This document shows positions 12,947 to 24,632 of a DNA stretch of 64,000 nt, piece after piece. Within the stretch, counting starts at the first letter, position 1; every line of letters starts with the position of its first letter. This stretch comes from Eledone cirrhosa (taxonomy: Eukaryota): positions 119,660,001 through 119,724,000 of the forward strand of contig OZ024744.1 in assembly GCA_964016885.1 (NCBI GenBank), read 5' to 3'. Both the position numbers and the translations under genes were made by a program. The notes under the pieces were generated by a model. That model ran no database searches. It was not told the origin of the DNA and worked only from the letters and a program-made list of their open reading frames with translations.

Positions 12947-13085
12947 ATAATAGGAACCAGTAAGACCCCGACAGCTGAGCTCAGCTGTCGGGGTCTTACT
13001 GGTTCCTATTATCCACTCTACTACCTCAAGTATTGAGTACTTTGGTGCGTTATGGTCCACCTGGTTCCTTACCACATTTCCTTCG

Positions 13086-13087
<2 letters not shown>
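12947..13087. mobile_element. Fold-back PLE-like 3' tail containing a perfect 66-bp palindrome (12947-13012)
   Basis: ataataggaaccagtaagaccccgacagctgag|ctcagctgtcggggtcttactggttcctattat; both ends lie in (TA)n; cagctg-TC resembles HHR stem III plus cleavage site. Confidence 0.75.
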
Positions 13088-13161
<74 letters not shown>

Positions 13162-13163
<2 letters not shown>

Positions 13164-14757
13164 ATAATAATAAAATTGAAGACTAAAATCCAAAGAGGGC
13201 TCGATAAGGAAAATATATATCAAATATATAAGAACCGTAGAGCAAATATTTATTAAAATAACAGATTAAAGTTTAAGCAAAGAATCGCTGCTTTCACCCT
13301 TAACGGGATCTTCTGAAACTAACAAAGTCAATCTGTAAACGCAGAACTGGATATTTCAAAAACCGTTGCAACCGGAGGAAGACAGGAAGACGATACTTTG
13401 GTTCGTGGTAACGTTCGCTGGCAAAGAACGGGAAAAAACGAATAATACGTCATTAATAGGAGCGGTGAAAAACAATTACGCGCAAAGACAGAACCACGTT
13501 TAGGTATAAAGGAGGTCGTAGACTAATGTTCTCTTAGGTGGTTCATAGAGACGTTCTCTGGCAATGAACGAAAGAACGAAGATAATAAGTCATATGTGGA
13601 GCGTGGAGAACAATAGCACGCAAAGACAAAACCATGTAAATGGTATAGCAGAAGTTGTAGACTAAAATTCTAACTAGGAGACCAAATGAAATCTCCGCTA
13701 CAGAGTTAAGAACAAAGTAAATAAATACAATACAGAAGTAATAGAAACAAATAAATACATACACGCAAACAGATACGTACATACACAAGCATACGCAAAA
13801 CCTTACCATGGTTATACAAAACCACGTACATATAAATATGTGTGTGTGTGTATGCTTGTGTACAAATAAATAAATAATTATATAAACGCATATAAGTAAA
13901 TAAATACGTATATAACAAGCGCACACACATACCTACAAATAAATACATGAATGTTCGGAGACGTAAGTCAACTAAAACAAGAAGTACACATATACACAGA
14001 CCCACCATACGTACGAACCTGCATACTCACGCAGACGCAAAACTCCCGTATACACATAGCCAAACCCTAAATACCAGAATATGTAAAAATTATACGCCAT
14101 AACAGTCAAATATACGTACGAGAAGGTATACATACCTTCACAAAATATACGGGTAATGCAAATAAGTAAAGGAATAAACAAAACATATACTTAGCTCCCA
14201 CATCAAGACGTAAAATATCCACGTATAGATCGTACTATCCGTTAGGGTATAACGTGGGGCTGTAATACAGGAAAGTTTTGTGCAATTTATGTTTACAAGC
14301 CGAAATTGCCTCAGATTTTTTGTTTAAGATGTGGTCTGTGGCGTAGAGTATTTCCAGGGCCCCAGCGGCGCAGAGGTCACATGGTCTTTTATTTCCGTTA
14401 TACGATCTAGCCCTAGCTAGGATCTCCCAGTGTAACTTATATTGGGTGTGGTTGTCTTTTAGACTCCAGATATAAGCTGAAAGGGACGTCATATTCCTTC
14501 TTAGAGGGTAACGAAAAGAATGAGTATGCATGTAAAGACGCTGCTTGAAACTATTGGCGGTTAACCCTATGTAGGCCCTACGGGACGTGGGTGTTTCAAC
14601 CTTACATTTGTAGACAATGTTACTAGAGAGGCATTTCCCGGATAGGGGGCAATCAGCCCGATTCCCACCATTACATTAGTTTCAGAAGATCCCGTTAAGG
14701 GTGAAAGCAGCGATACTTTACTTAAACTTTAATCTGTTATTTTAATAATAAATAAAT
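13162..14757 (-). mobile_element. Naiad-type PLE element D (GIY-YIG + 3' UTR, minus) with an inverted copy of its 3' tail at 14677-14757
   Basis: 14677-14749 is the reverse complement of about 13249-13322; both ends lie in (TA)n. Confidence 0.85.
14235..14676 (-). pseudogene. GIY-YIG endonuclease fragment of element D
   Basis: CNGGNRADCPLSGKCLSSNIVYKCKV...AYIGLTANSFKQR..HTHSF...TSLSAYIW.LK...CDLC...LNKKSEAISACKH. Confidence 0.88.
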
Positions 14758-14769
14758 ATATATATATAT

Positions 14770-16389
14770 ATTTCGTTTCTGAATTTGTTTAGCAAGATTC
14801 TTTATCTGAAAACGTGTGTTGAAACCGATATTGTTATACTTTGGGAGGGTCATGTTGCCAATAAGAAACACACGCACCAGTCGCTTTCACTTCAATTTAT
14901 TATAAAGTAAATTTATAAATTTAGGAATTTATAAATTTCCGGTTGGTTGGTTGGTTGGTTCCACAACCAGACGATTGTTCATATATTGTCAAAGTTCTTT
15001 CGTCACACATTATGTGACCTCTTCAGTGACTGGGAATTCTTTTCTTTGTTTTTGTGCCTCTCTTTGTTCTGTCCTACGCCATCTTGTTTTTGTGTGTGTT
15101 GTGTGTTTAGTTTGCGCATGTGTTACATCCGGGTGTCTGTGTGTGTTTATATTTGTTTATTTATTTTATTTGTTTATTTACATGTTACTGGTTGGTTGTT
15201 TGTTCTATGTGTGTGTGTGTTTTCATTTTGTCCTTAATTGTAAGTTGTGATGTTGCTATTCCATTCATGCTTTCTATTTAATTTTAGTTGGAGTTCATTT
15301 ATGTTTATTGCCTCTGTGATTTGTCTAAACATTGCGTCTTTTTTGTGTGTAGATTCTATTTTTATTTCTATGTTCTCTAATTTACCCTTATGTTCTATTT
15401 TAGCATGTTGGTAGAGTACAGATGATTCTTTACTATCTTGAAGATCTCGCCAGTGTTCATTTATCAGTTCCCCTATACTACGAGCTGTCTCACCTATGTA
15501 CACTATATTTTTGTCTCTACATTGTCCTTCAGTACATCTTATGCTATATACTACATTTCTAGTTTTTCAGTTAATATGAGGGCTTAGTTTACAGATTATA
15601 CATTTCTTATCTATACAGGGAGGTCTTTGAAAAGGGTATGTATTGCTAATAAGCGTTTTTATGGAGGTACCTGGTCTCTCTACTATCTTAATATTGAGTT
15701 TATGTTTATCTAGGGCCCATCTGAATTTGTAAGCTAATTCACCTCTAGGGGTTGTATCGATGAACATTACACTCTGGTATTTATTGCTATCATACCATGA
15801 GATTATTCTATTAACCTTATTCCTAGTTCTTTCTATTCTATTCTAAAATTTGCTCCTATACAAGGGGCAGGTCCCATTTGTATCATTATTTACCATTTTT
15901 TCCCATTTGGTTCTGGCTCCTCTATATACTCTGATCTTATCTCTCTGATTGTAACCAGAGAACTGCATACGGTGGATGAAGTGATGTATGTGTCTCTCTA
16001 GTTCTTTGGGGTTGCACATGCGGGACACGTTTCTCATCACCCGTACCAAATCCGCAATCAGTCTGTTGATTTTGGTGTGGTCCGAAACAGCTGAGTTTCG
16101 GTGGATCAGATATTTGGAAGTCATGGGTTTGGCATAATGGGAATGGAGGATCTGTTTTTTGTTATTGATAGTATCTAACCAGAGCTCTGTGTCTAGTACT
16201 GGTAATCGATGGTTGGGGTGTTTGCTTGGGTAGTCTATAGTAATTCTAATATTCTGATGGATGGAGTTAGCTATTTGCTAAATGCTTTCCATGGTGTTTT
16301 TCTCTAATTCCCGACTGTTCTCTAGTGGGCGTGTTTTTACTACGATGTTTATATTATCAACGTAGCGGGAGTACGTTATCATTATCAGG
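14770..16389 (-). mobile_element. PLE family A, copy A3 (from the RT YVD region to the 3' end); HHR at 14988-15030
   Basis: ORF fragments 15234-15503, 15567-15767 and 15843-16124 with several stops; 3' end in TA. Confidence 0.92.
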
Positions 16390-17037
16390 TGAGACAGCTC
16401 GTAGTATAGGAGAACAGATAAATGAACACTGGCGAGAGCTTCAAGATAGTAAAGAATCATCTGTACACTACCAACATGCTAAAATAGAACATAAGGGTAA
16501 ATTAGAGAACATAGAAATAAAAATAGAAGCTACACACAGAAAAGACGCAATGTTTAGACAAATCACAGAGGCAATAAACATAAATGAACTCCAACCAAAA
16601 TTAAATAGAAAGCATGAATGGAATAGCAACATCACAACTTACAATTAAGGACAAAATGAAAACACACACACACACATAGAACAAACAACCAACCAGTAAC
16701 ATGTAAATAAACAAATAAATAAACAAATATAAACATCACAGACACCCGAATGTAACACATGCGCAAACTAAACACACAACATACACAAAAACAAGATGGC
16801 GTAGGACAGAACAAAGGAGAGGCACAAAAACAAAGAAAAGAATCCCCAGTCACTGAAGAGGTCACAGAATGTGTGACGAAAGAACTTTGACAATATATGA
16901 ACAATCGTCCGGTTGTGGAACCAACCAACCAACCGGAAATTTATAAATTCCTAAATTTATAAATGTATTATAATAAATTGAAGTGAAAGCGACTGGTGCG
17001 TGTGTTTCTTATTGGCAACATGACCCTCCCAAAGTAT

Positions 17038-17043
<6 letters not shown>
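16387..17043 (+). mobile_element. PLE family A, copy A4, head-to-head with A3; HHR at 16849-16891
   Basis: Starts at aggtgagacagctcg (GETARS) with AGG microhomology at the junction; ends aagtataacaata-(TA)n. Confidence 0.92.
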
Positions 17044-17095
<52 letters not shown>

Positions 17096-17139
17096 AAGTT
17101 AAATAAAAGTCAAATGATTAAAATTTAGCTTCGTTTATT

Positions 17140-17194
17140 ACTGCTATATATATTTCAGTGACAGCCATCTTTGGCTGTGACCTCTTCAGGCAGT
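17140..17194 (-). ncRNA. Minimal type I hammerhead ribozyme, element B left arm
   Basis: actgc CTGAAGA ggtcacagcca-aaga-tggctgtcact GAAA tatata TA gcagt; palindromic stem III. Confidence 0.85.
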
Positions 17195-18377
17195 TTGAAT
17201 TAGTATGGTATAGACAAGTACATATGTTGTTTAGGTGTATGATATTGTCAATACTCTGATATGCCCAGTTCCTTGTTGGGTTGTTAATTCACTGGGGAAC
17301 TGGAGTCATATGAATTCAAACAAACGAATTTTAGTGTCACAGGTCCCCTTCTCCTCTCATTGGTCAGTTATTAGTGTTGTCATTGTTGGAGTTAGCTTAA
17401 AAATTGATAAAATGGTAGAAGGGACAAGGTGTTGAAGGAACAAAATATCAAAAAATGTGTCAAACTTCCCATTGTTCAGTTCTGAGAGCATTCCTCAGTC
17501 AGAAGTCTATAGAATTCTTTCTGGGGTGAGGCTCCCTGTAGTGTTTATGCCTGCTATTGTTCAGTACATTTGGCCTCCACCATTATTTTGGTACTGTTGT
17601 TGTTGTAGTGGTCAGCTTATATCTTGCTGCTGCTAACAATTTAGAAGTATTCAGTTTGTGTTTTCTCTTCATCCCACCCGCCACCACCGTAGTGGTGGCG
17701 GCGGGGGGGGGGGGGTTATTTCATGTATATGAAGAAATATAAGGCAATAAATGAAGAAAACAGAAGATAAATAAATAATATAATAAAATAAAATAATTAA
17801 TATAATTTGTGTAATTTGAAAATAAATAAATAAATAGAGAATAAAGAATAAAGAGTAAATGAGAGATTGGTGAAAAAGTAATGATAATGTATATGGAGAA
17901 GTGAGAAATAATGTAGGATAAAGTGTGTGTGTGTGCTATAACCAATCTCAAGGTCAGAATATGTTGGATAGATTGGTATGATACAAGATGTTAAGATGAG
18001 ATATTCAATGTGTTTGTGTTATAATCTATCTCAACTTAATATAAATATAAGGTTATACAGTGAAGAGGGCAGAAAACAAATAACAAATTAATATAGAGAA
18101 ATCAAGATTTAAGATTGGAACTTTAAAGTCAGAAATCTGGTAAATTAAAAGTGTTTGTGTTATAGATGTTGGCCAGATTATTATGGCTGTGTCCGATTCT
18201 GTCTCTAGGCTATCATGGTGTCTGCTCCGCCTGGGTTGTTCCCTATGGCTTGAGGGGAGTTCACAACCTAGGGTGTTGTAATTGTCCATATAGCTTGAGG
18301 GAGGTCTGGCCGAGAGGTGTTTTCATGTTCTGTAGAAGTCCCTATAGCTTGAAGGGAGTTCACATCTTCTTGTGTTG

Positions 18378-21053
18378 CTACTGTCCATATATTTTGAGAA
18401 AGGTCCCGGCTCTAAGGTGTCTGCATGTCCCGAAGAAGTCGGTTCTGAGGTTTATCAGGCCGCTTCCACCTCTTAGTATCTCGAGGGTCTCGTTCAGGCA
18501 TAGTTTGCATATGCAAGATCCCCCTTTATCGGGTGGTACTTTCCTGATTATGTACCAAGCCAGAGAGTATGGGGTCCTGTCCAGCTTAAGCTTCCAGATC
18601 AGGTCGGAGAGAGCTGTGCTTTTCCTTTTGGCCTCCTTCTTGAATGAATGGCGATGGTTGTACCAGCGGTCCTTAAAGCTCGTTGATGTGGCTCCTATGT
18701 AGAGGTGTTCGGAGTTGGGGGTTTTAACCCTACAACCGTACACTATGTTCTTCTTGAGACATTCATTACCAAGGGGGCATGATTCGGGGTTTCTACAGTT
18801 GCAGAGGGTGGGCGGCCTCTGCGTGCTTAGATTAGGGTTCTCATTATGTGTTACATGTTGGTCTTCCCCCATGCTCGGTGGGGGGTCCTTGGGTCTGTTT
18901 GTGTTTCTTGGGTGGGCTCTGGGTCCCCCCTTCCCTCCTTTCACATGGTTCTGCTGAGTGTTTGTATTGCCATCTTCTGGTTGTGTGTGGTTTTTAAGCC
19001 TACTTCTGTTGATGCTAGCTATGTGTTGGGCCAAATTTCTCGTGGTGGAATACGAAAGCTTCACAGTGTGTCTGTTGAAGATCCTGTGGTATCTGTGGTC
19101 CCTCGGGAAGCATTTGTCAAGTGCTCCAAAGAACAATCGGGCCAAGCTTTTCTTTAGGGCCGCTGAGTAGGGTGGGTTGTACCACGTGATTTGTCGGTGT
19201 CTCCTCCTATATGTGTGGGTTGGGGGCTTCGTGATTTGTTGGAGATTTGTTGGTTTGCTGGTGGTTTCCGCACTGTTGCTTCCCTTTTGGGCTCTATACT
19301 TTCTGTTATCTTCACGGCCCGGATTTGTGGGGTGGTTGTTGTCTGCCCCGGGAGATCCATCGTGGGGTGGTCGCCCGTTTCTCCCCCCACGTGTCCTGCG
19401 GTTGGGGTTGTCCGTCCTGGGGTAGTTAGCATCACGCCTGAGACTGCTACTCATATTGTGCTCCATCTCGTGGTCAAGCGCACTAGTCCCCACTGCCCGT
19501 GTGGTGGTGTCTGGTACATGGTGCCTATTTGATTTTGCTCTGCCTGTATTGTTAGGGTTCGCCCTCCCTCCTCTGGTAACGCGGTTGTGGGTGTCTGTTG
19601 GGCTATCCACCTCCCGGCTTTTCGGACTATATGTTATATTTTGTCCATGTGCCGCCTTCTTTAGAGCTGCGTTGTAATATTCCGCGTGGTTGTTGAATAT
19701 TTCCTTACTTGCGGACAGGCTGGAGATCCTGTCCGAGACACTCTTCACCACTGCCTTGGTTATGGATCTAGGGTGGTTTGATTTGGCGTTAACATATACT
19801 AGTTTCTCGTTGGGCTTGTGGTAGGGGTAGTATTGCTCGGTGTTCAGGTTTAGGGTGGTGTCTAGGAAGTTAACTACCTTCCTATTTGGGTCTATTTCTA
19901 TGCTGAGCCCCTGGTTCTTAAAGAAATGGCGAATACGCCTCCTCATACCCTCCAACATATTGGTGCTGTGGTCATGTACTGTGAATAGAGCATCGTCACG
20001 ATATAATCCGCCGCCCAGGCAGGGGATTTCATCTTTTATCTGCTTCAGCAGGTAGAGCCCAACCAGGTCCGTTACCTGCGCTGAGTCGCTGGAGCCCATC
20101 GTGATGTCAAAGTTATTTGGCCAATCACTCCTGGTCCACAGGTCTCCATCGAAGCGGATTAAGGTCTTTCTTGCGACGTGGATGATGCTCACCTCCTCTC
20201 GGGTTAGGTCCGTATTGGACATCGCTAAAAATAGGGCCTTATTAAGTACTATGGGTGAGATTGAGGAGTAGTAGCTTGCGATGTCCAGTTGTATAAAGCT
20301 GGTCCTACTTTTCTCCTGCAGTATTTTGAACCATTCTATTACTTCTCTCGTGCATGACCATTGCTGTAATTTGGTTTTTTTCCGAAGCTTGGGCAAAATC
20401 CTATCCAGTATTCTTTTACTGACGATCCCTAGGTCAGATCTGGAGGGGGCTATTAGTCTGACAGGGAGGTCGGACTCAAAGTTTGACTTGTGGTCTTTAA
20501 GGGTAATCCGCGGCTCCCTTGGTTGGTATGGGGCCGTCCTGTCCTCTATGCCGATTCTGGATATAATCCTGTAAGCTGTGGCATTGATCTCATCCAGGGT
20601 AAATCCAGGTGTTTTTTTGTAGCACTTCCTCAGTTCCCTGAGGATTAGCTTATTGTACAGTTCAGTGTTCATGTTGTAGAGGTTGTTTGTTTTGTCAGCA
20701 TGGACAAGTATTCCAGTTGTCCCTTTAAGTACTGTAATCCGGTTTCTCAGGTGTCTGAGGTACTCCTGACTTCTGGTTGGGTTTCCGGAGAATTTGAGGT
20801 TGGATATGATGTTAATCATCTCGTTTTCAAACTCCTCCATTAGTCTGTTATGGGGGGGATTCCTCCTTGATCGAAAAAGGTACTCCATGTTTTCTGTGTT
20901 TGTAGTTTTCTGCGTTCCTCTTTCGAAGTGGAACGCCTTCCATCTCATCCTACGGATGAGGGAGTCCGTACTCTTGATGAGATCACTGGTGTATTCTCGT
21001 TTATCCGGTAGGGGGATGTCCTTCAGTGACGCTAAGGTTGCCAGTTTATCCAT
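18378..21053 (-). CDS. Apparently full-length Naiad-type PLE polyprotein (RT + CxC linker + GIY-YIG), 891 aa
   Basis: N-terminal SLKDIPLP..LIRRMRWKAF, ADKTNN, ITLKDHK, LDIASYYSSI, ITMGSSDSAQ, GLYRDD, CNCRNPESCPL..C, IVYGC..LYIGAT..FKDRW.NH..SF, CKLCL.E, NLRTDF..TCRH; no internal stops. Clade assignment is by motif recall. Confidence 0.93.
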   Translation of the reverse strand: MDKLATLASLKDIPLPDKREYTSDLIKSTDSLIRRMRWKAFHFERGTQKTTNTENMEYLFRSRRNPPHNRLMEEFENEMINIISNLKFSGNPTRSQEYLRHLRNRITVLKGTTGILVHADKTNNLYNMNTELYNKLILRELRKCYKKTPGFTLDEINATAYRIISRIGIEDRTAPYQPREPRITLKDHKSNFESDLPVRLIAPSRSDLGIVSKRILDRILPKLRKKTKLQQWSCTREVIEWFKILQEKSRTSFIQLDIASYYSSISPIVLNKALFLAMSNTDLTREEVSIIHVARKTLIRFDGDLWTRSDWPNNFDITMGSSDSAQVTDLVGLYLLKQIKDEIPCLGGGLYRDDALFTVHDHSTNMLEGMRRRIRHFFKNQGLSIEIDPNRKVVNFLDTTLNLNTEQYYPYHKPNEKLVYVNAKSNHPRSITKAVVKSVSDRISSLSASKEIFNNHAEYYNAALKKAAHGQNITYSPKSREVDSPTDTHNRVTRGGRANPNNTGRAKSNRHHVPDTTTRAVGTSALDHEMEHNMSSSLRRDANYPRTDNPNRRTRGGRNGRPPHDGSPGADNNHPTNPGREDNRKYRAQKGSNSAETTSKPTNLQQITKPPTHTYRRRHRQITWYNPPYSAALKKSLARLFFGALDKCFPRDHRYHRIFNRHTVKLSYSTTRNLAQHIASINRSRLKNHTQPEDGNTNTQQNHVKGGKGGPRAHPRNTNRPKDPPPSMGEDQHVTHNENPNLSTQRPPTLCNCRNPESCPLGNECLKKNIVYGCRVKTPNSEHLYIGATSTSFKDRWYNHRHSFKKEAKRKSTALSDLIWKLKLDRTPYSLAWYIIRKVPPDKGGSCICKLCLNETLEILRGGSGLINLRTDFFGTCRHLRAGTFLKIYGQ

Positions 21054-21103
21054 AGTGACTTAGGTCCGCTACTGTTTGAAGCGCTACAAACAACCTCTAC
21101 AAC

Positions 21104-23398
21104 ATGAACACTGAACTGTACAATAAGCTAATCCTCAGGGAACTGAGGAAGTGCTACAAAAAAACACCTGGATTTACCCTGGATGAGATCAATGCCACAG
21201 CTTACAGGATTATATCCAGAATCGGCATAGAGGACAGGACGGCCCCATACCAACCAAGGGAGCCGCGGATTACCCTTAAAGACCACAAGTCAAACTTTGA
21301 GTCCGACCTCCCTGTCAGACTAATAGCCCCCTCCAGATCTGACCTAGGGATCGTCAGTAAAAGAATACTGGATAGGATTTTGCCCAAGCTTCGGAAAAAA
21401 ACCAAATTACAGCAATGGTCATGCACGAGAGAAGTAATAGAATGGTTCAAAATACTGCAGGAGAAAAGTAGGACCAGCTTTATACAACTGGACATCGCAA
21501 GCTACTACTCCTCAATCTCACCCATAGTACTTAATAAGGCCCTATTTTTAGCGATGTCCAATACGGACCTAACCCGAGAGGAGGTGAGCATCATCCACGC
21601 CGCAAGAAAGACCTTAATCCGCTTCGATGGAGACCTGTGGACCAGGAGTGATTGGCCAAATAACTTTGACATCACGATGGGCTCCAGCGACTCAGCGCAG
21701 GTAACGGACCTGGTTGGGCTCTACCTGCTGAAGCAGATAAAAGATGAAATCCCCTGCCTGGGCGGCGGATTATATCGTGACGATGCTCTATTCACAGTAC
21801 ATGACCACAGCACCAATATGTTGGAGGGTATGAGGAGGCGTATTCGCCATTTCTTTAAGAACCAGGGGCTCAGCATAGAAATAGACCCAAATAGGAAGGT
21901 AGTTAACTTCCTAGACACCACACTAAACCTGAACACCGAGCAATACTACCCCTACCACAAGCCCAACGAGAAACTAGTATATGTTAACGCCAAATCAAAC
22001 CACCCTAGATCCATAACCAAGGCAGTGGTGAAGAGTGTCTCGGACAGGATCTCCAGCCTGTCCGCAAGTAAGGAAATATTCAACAACCACGCGGAATATT
22101 ACAACGCAGCTCTAAAGAAGGCGGCACATGGACAAAATATAACATATAGTCCGAAAAGCCGGGAGGTGGATAGCCCAACAGACACCCACAACCGCGTTAC
22201 CAGAGGAGGGAGGGCGAACCCTAACAATACAGGCAGAGCAAAATCAAATAGGCACCATGTACCAGACACCACCACACGGGCAGTGGGGACTAGTGCGCTT
22301 GACCACGAGATGGAGCACAATATGAGTAGCAGTCTCAGGCGTGATGCTAACTACCCCAGGACGGACAACCCCAACCGCAGGACACGTGGGGGGGGAAACG
22401 GGCGACCACCCCACGATGGATCTCCCGGGGCAGACAACAACCACCCCACAAATCCGGGCCGTGAAGATAACAGAAAGTATAGAGCCCAAAAGGGAAGCAA
22501 CAGTGCGGAAACCACCAGCAAACCAACAAATCTCCAACAAATCACGAAGCCCCCAACCCACACATATAGGAGGAGACACCGACAAATCACGTGGTACAAC
22601 CCACCCTACTCAGCGGCCCTAAAGAAAAGCTTGGCCCGATTGTTCTTTGGAGCACTTGACAAATGCTTCCCGAGGGACCACAGATACCACAGGATCTTCA
22701 ACAGACACACTGTGAAGCTTTCGTATTCCACCACGAGAAATTTGGCCCAACACATAGCTAGCATCAACAGAAGTAGGCTTAAAAACCACACACAACCAGA
22801 AGATGGCAATACAAACACTCAGCAGAACCATGTGAAAGGAGGGAAGGGGGGACCCAGAGCCCACCCAAGAAACACAAACAGACCCAAGGACCCCCCACCG
22901 AGCATGGGGGAAGACCAACATGTAACACATAATGAGAACCCTAATCTAAGCACGCAGAGGCCGCCCACCCTCTGCAACTGTAGAAACCCCGAATCATGCC
23001 CCCTTGGTAATGAATGTCTCAAGAAGAACATAGTATACGGTTGTAGGGTTAAAACCCCCAACTCCGAACACCTCTACATAGGAGCCACACCAACGAGCTT
23101 TAAGGACCGCTGGTACAACCATCGCCATTCATTCAAGAAGGAGGCCAAAAGGAAAAGCACAGCTCTCTCCGACCTGATCTGGAAGCTTAAGCTGGACAGG
23201 ACCCCATACTCTCCGGCCTGGTACATAATCAGGAAAGTACCACCCGATAAAGGGGGATCTTGCATATGCAAACTATGCCTGAACGAGACCCTCGAGATAC
23301 TAAGAGGTGGAAGCGGCCTGATAAACCTCAGAACCGACTTCTTCGGGACATGCAGACACCTTAGAGCCGGGACCTTTCTCAAAATATATGGACAGTAG
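21104..23398 (+). CDS. N-terminally truncated copy of the element B RT/GIY-YIG ORF (764 aa, frame open)
   Basis: Matches the left ORF from MNTELYN onward except V>A, R>G, S>P, L>P. Confidence 0.88.
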   Translation: MNTELYNKLILRELRKCYKKTPGFTLDEINATAYRIISRIGIEDRTAPYQPREPRITLKDHKSNFESDLPVRLIAPSRSDLGIVSKRILDRILPKLRKKTKLQQWSCTREVIEWFKILQEKSRTSFIQLDIASYYSSISPIVLNKALFLAMSNTDLTREEVSIIHAARKTLIRFDGDLWTRSDWPNNFDITMGSSDSAQVTDLVGLYLLKQIKDEIPCLGGGLYRDDALFTVHDHSTNMLEGMRRRIRHFFKNQGLSIEIDPNRKVVNFLDTTLNLNTEQYYPYHKPNEKLVYVNAKSNHPRSITKAVVKSVSDRISSLSASKEIFNNHAEYYNAALKKAAHGQNITYSPKSREVDSPTDTHNRVTRGGRANPNNTGRAKSNRHHVPDTTTRAVGTSALDHEMEHNMSSSLRRDANYPRTDNPNRRTRGGGNGRPPHDGSPGADNNHPTNPGREDNRKYRAQKGSNSAETTSKPTNLQQITKPPTHTYRRRHRQITWYNPPYSAALKKSLARLFFGALDKCFPRDHRYHRIFNRHTVKLSYSTTRNLAQHIASINRSRLKNHTQPEDGNTNTQQNHVKGGKGGPRAHPRNTNRPKDPPPSMGEDQHVTHNENPNLSTQRPPTLCNCRNPESCPLGNECLKKNIVYGCRVKTPNSEHLYIGATPTSFKDRWYNHRHSFKKEAKRKSTALSDLIWKLKLDRTPYSPAWYIIRKVPPDKGGSCICKLCLNETLEILRGGSGLINLRTDFFGTCRHLRAGTFLKIYGQ

Positions 23399-24577
23399 CA
23401 ACACAAGATGTGAACTCCCCTCAAGCTATAGGGACTTCTACAGAACATGAAAACACCTCTCGGCCAGACCTCCCTCAAGCTATATGGACAATTACAACAC
23501 CCTAGGTTGTGAACTCCCCTCAAGCCATAGGGAACAACCCAGGCGGAGCAGACACCATGATAGCCTAGAGACAGAATCGGACACAGCCATAATAATCTGG
23601 CCAACATCTATAACACAAACACTTTTAATTTACCAGATTTCTGACTTTAAAGTTCCAATCTTAAATCTTGATTTCTCTATATTAATTTGTTATTTGTTTT
23701 CTGCCCTCTTCACTGTATAACCTTATATTTATATTAAGTTGAGATAGATTATAACACAAACACATTGAATATCTCATCTTAACATCTTGTATCATACCAA
23801 TCTATCCAACATATTCTGACCTTGAGATTGGTTATAGCACACACACACACTTTATCCTACATTATTTCTCACTTCTCCATATACATTATCATTACTTTTT
23901 CACCAATCTCTCATTTACTCTTTATTCTTTATTCTCTATTTATTTATTTATTTTCAAATTACACAAATTATATTAATTATTTTATTTTATTATATTATTT
24001 ATTTATCTTCTGTTTTCTTCATTTATTGCCTTATATTTCTTCATATACATGAAATAACCCCCCCCCCCCGCCACCACCACTACGGTGGTGGCGGGTGGGA
24101 TGAAGAGAAAACACAAACTGAATACTTCTAAATTGTTAGCAGCAGCAAGATATAAGCTGACCACTACAACAACAACAGTACCAAAATAATGGTGGAGGCC
24201 AAATGTACTGAACAATAGCAGGCATAAACACTACAGGGAGCCTCACCCCAGAAAGAATTCTATAGACTTCTGACTGAGGAATGCTCTCAGAACTGAACAA
24301 TGGGAAGTTTGACACATTTTTTGATATTTTGTTCCTTCAACACCTTGTCCCTTCTACCATTTTATCAATTTTTAAGCTAACTCCAACAATGACAACACTA
24401 ATAACTGACCAATGAGAGGAGAAGGGGACCTGTGACACTAAAATTCGTTTGTTTGAATTCATATGACTCCAGTTCCCCAGTGAATTAACAACCCAACAAG
24501 GAACTGGGCATATCAGAGTATTGACAATATCATACACCTAAACAACATATGTACTTGTCTATACCATACTAATTCAA

Positions 24578-24632
24578 ACTGCCTGAAGAGGTCACAGCCA
24601 AAGATGGCTGTCACTGAAATATATATAGCAGT
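24578..24632 (+). ncRNA. Minimal type I hammerhead ribozyme, element B right arm
   Basis: actgc CTGAAGA ggtcacagcca aaga tggctgtcact GAAA tatata TA gcagt followed by AATAAA. Confidence 0.85.

Larger units (their letters stand above)
17089..21085 (-). mobile_element. Naiad-type PLE element B, left arm (complete ORF + 1.3-kb 3' UTR)
   Basis: Contains the 891-aa ORF and a terminal HHR; 3' end in (TA)n. Confidence 0.95.

Noticed and set aside
14683-14720. HHR-like cagaaga-tcccgttaagggt-gaaa in the element D tail (also 13280-13316)
   Set aside because: Core is CAGAAGA in both copies and no UH site or stem I partner is evident; at best a remnant
18053-24537. Short antisense and overlapping ORFs on both arms of element B
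   Set aside because: Shadows of a GC-balanced ORF, present twice only because of the inverted repeat; no recognisable motifs
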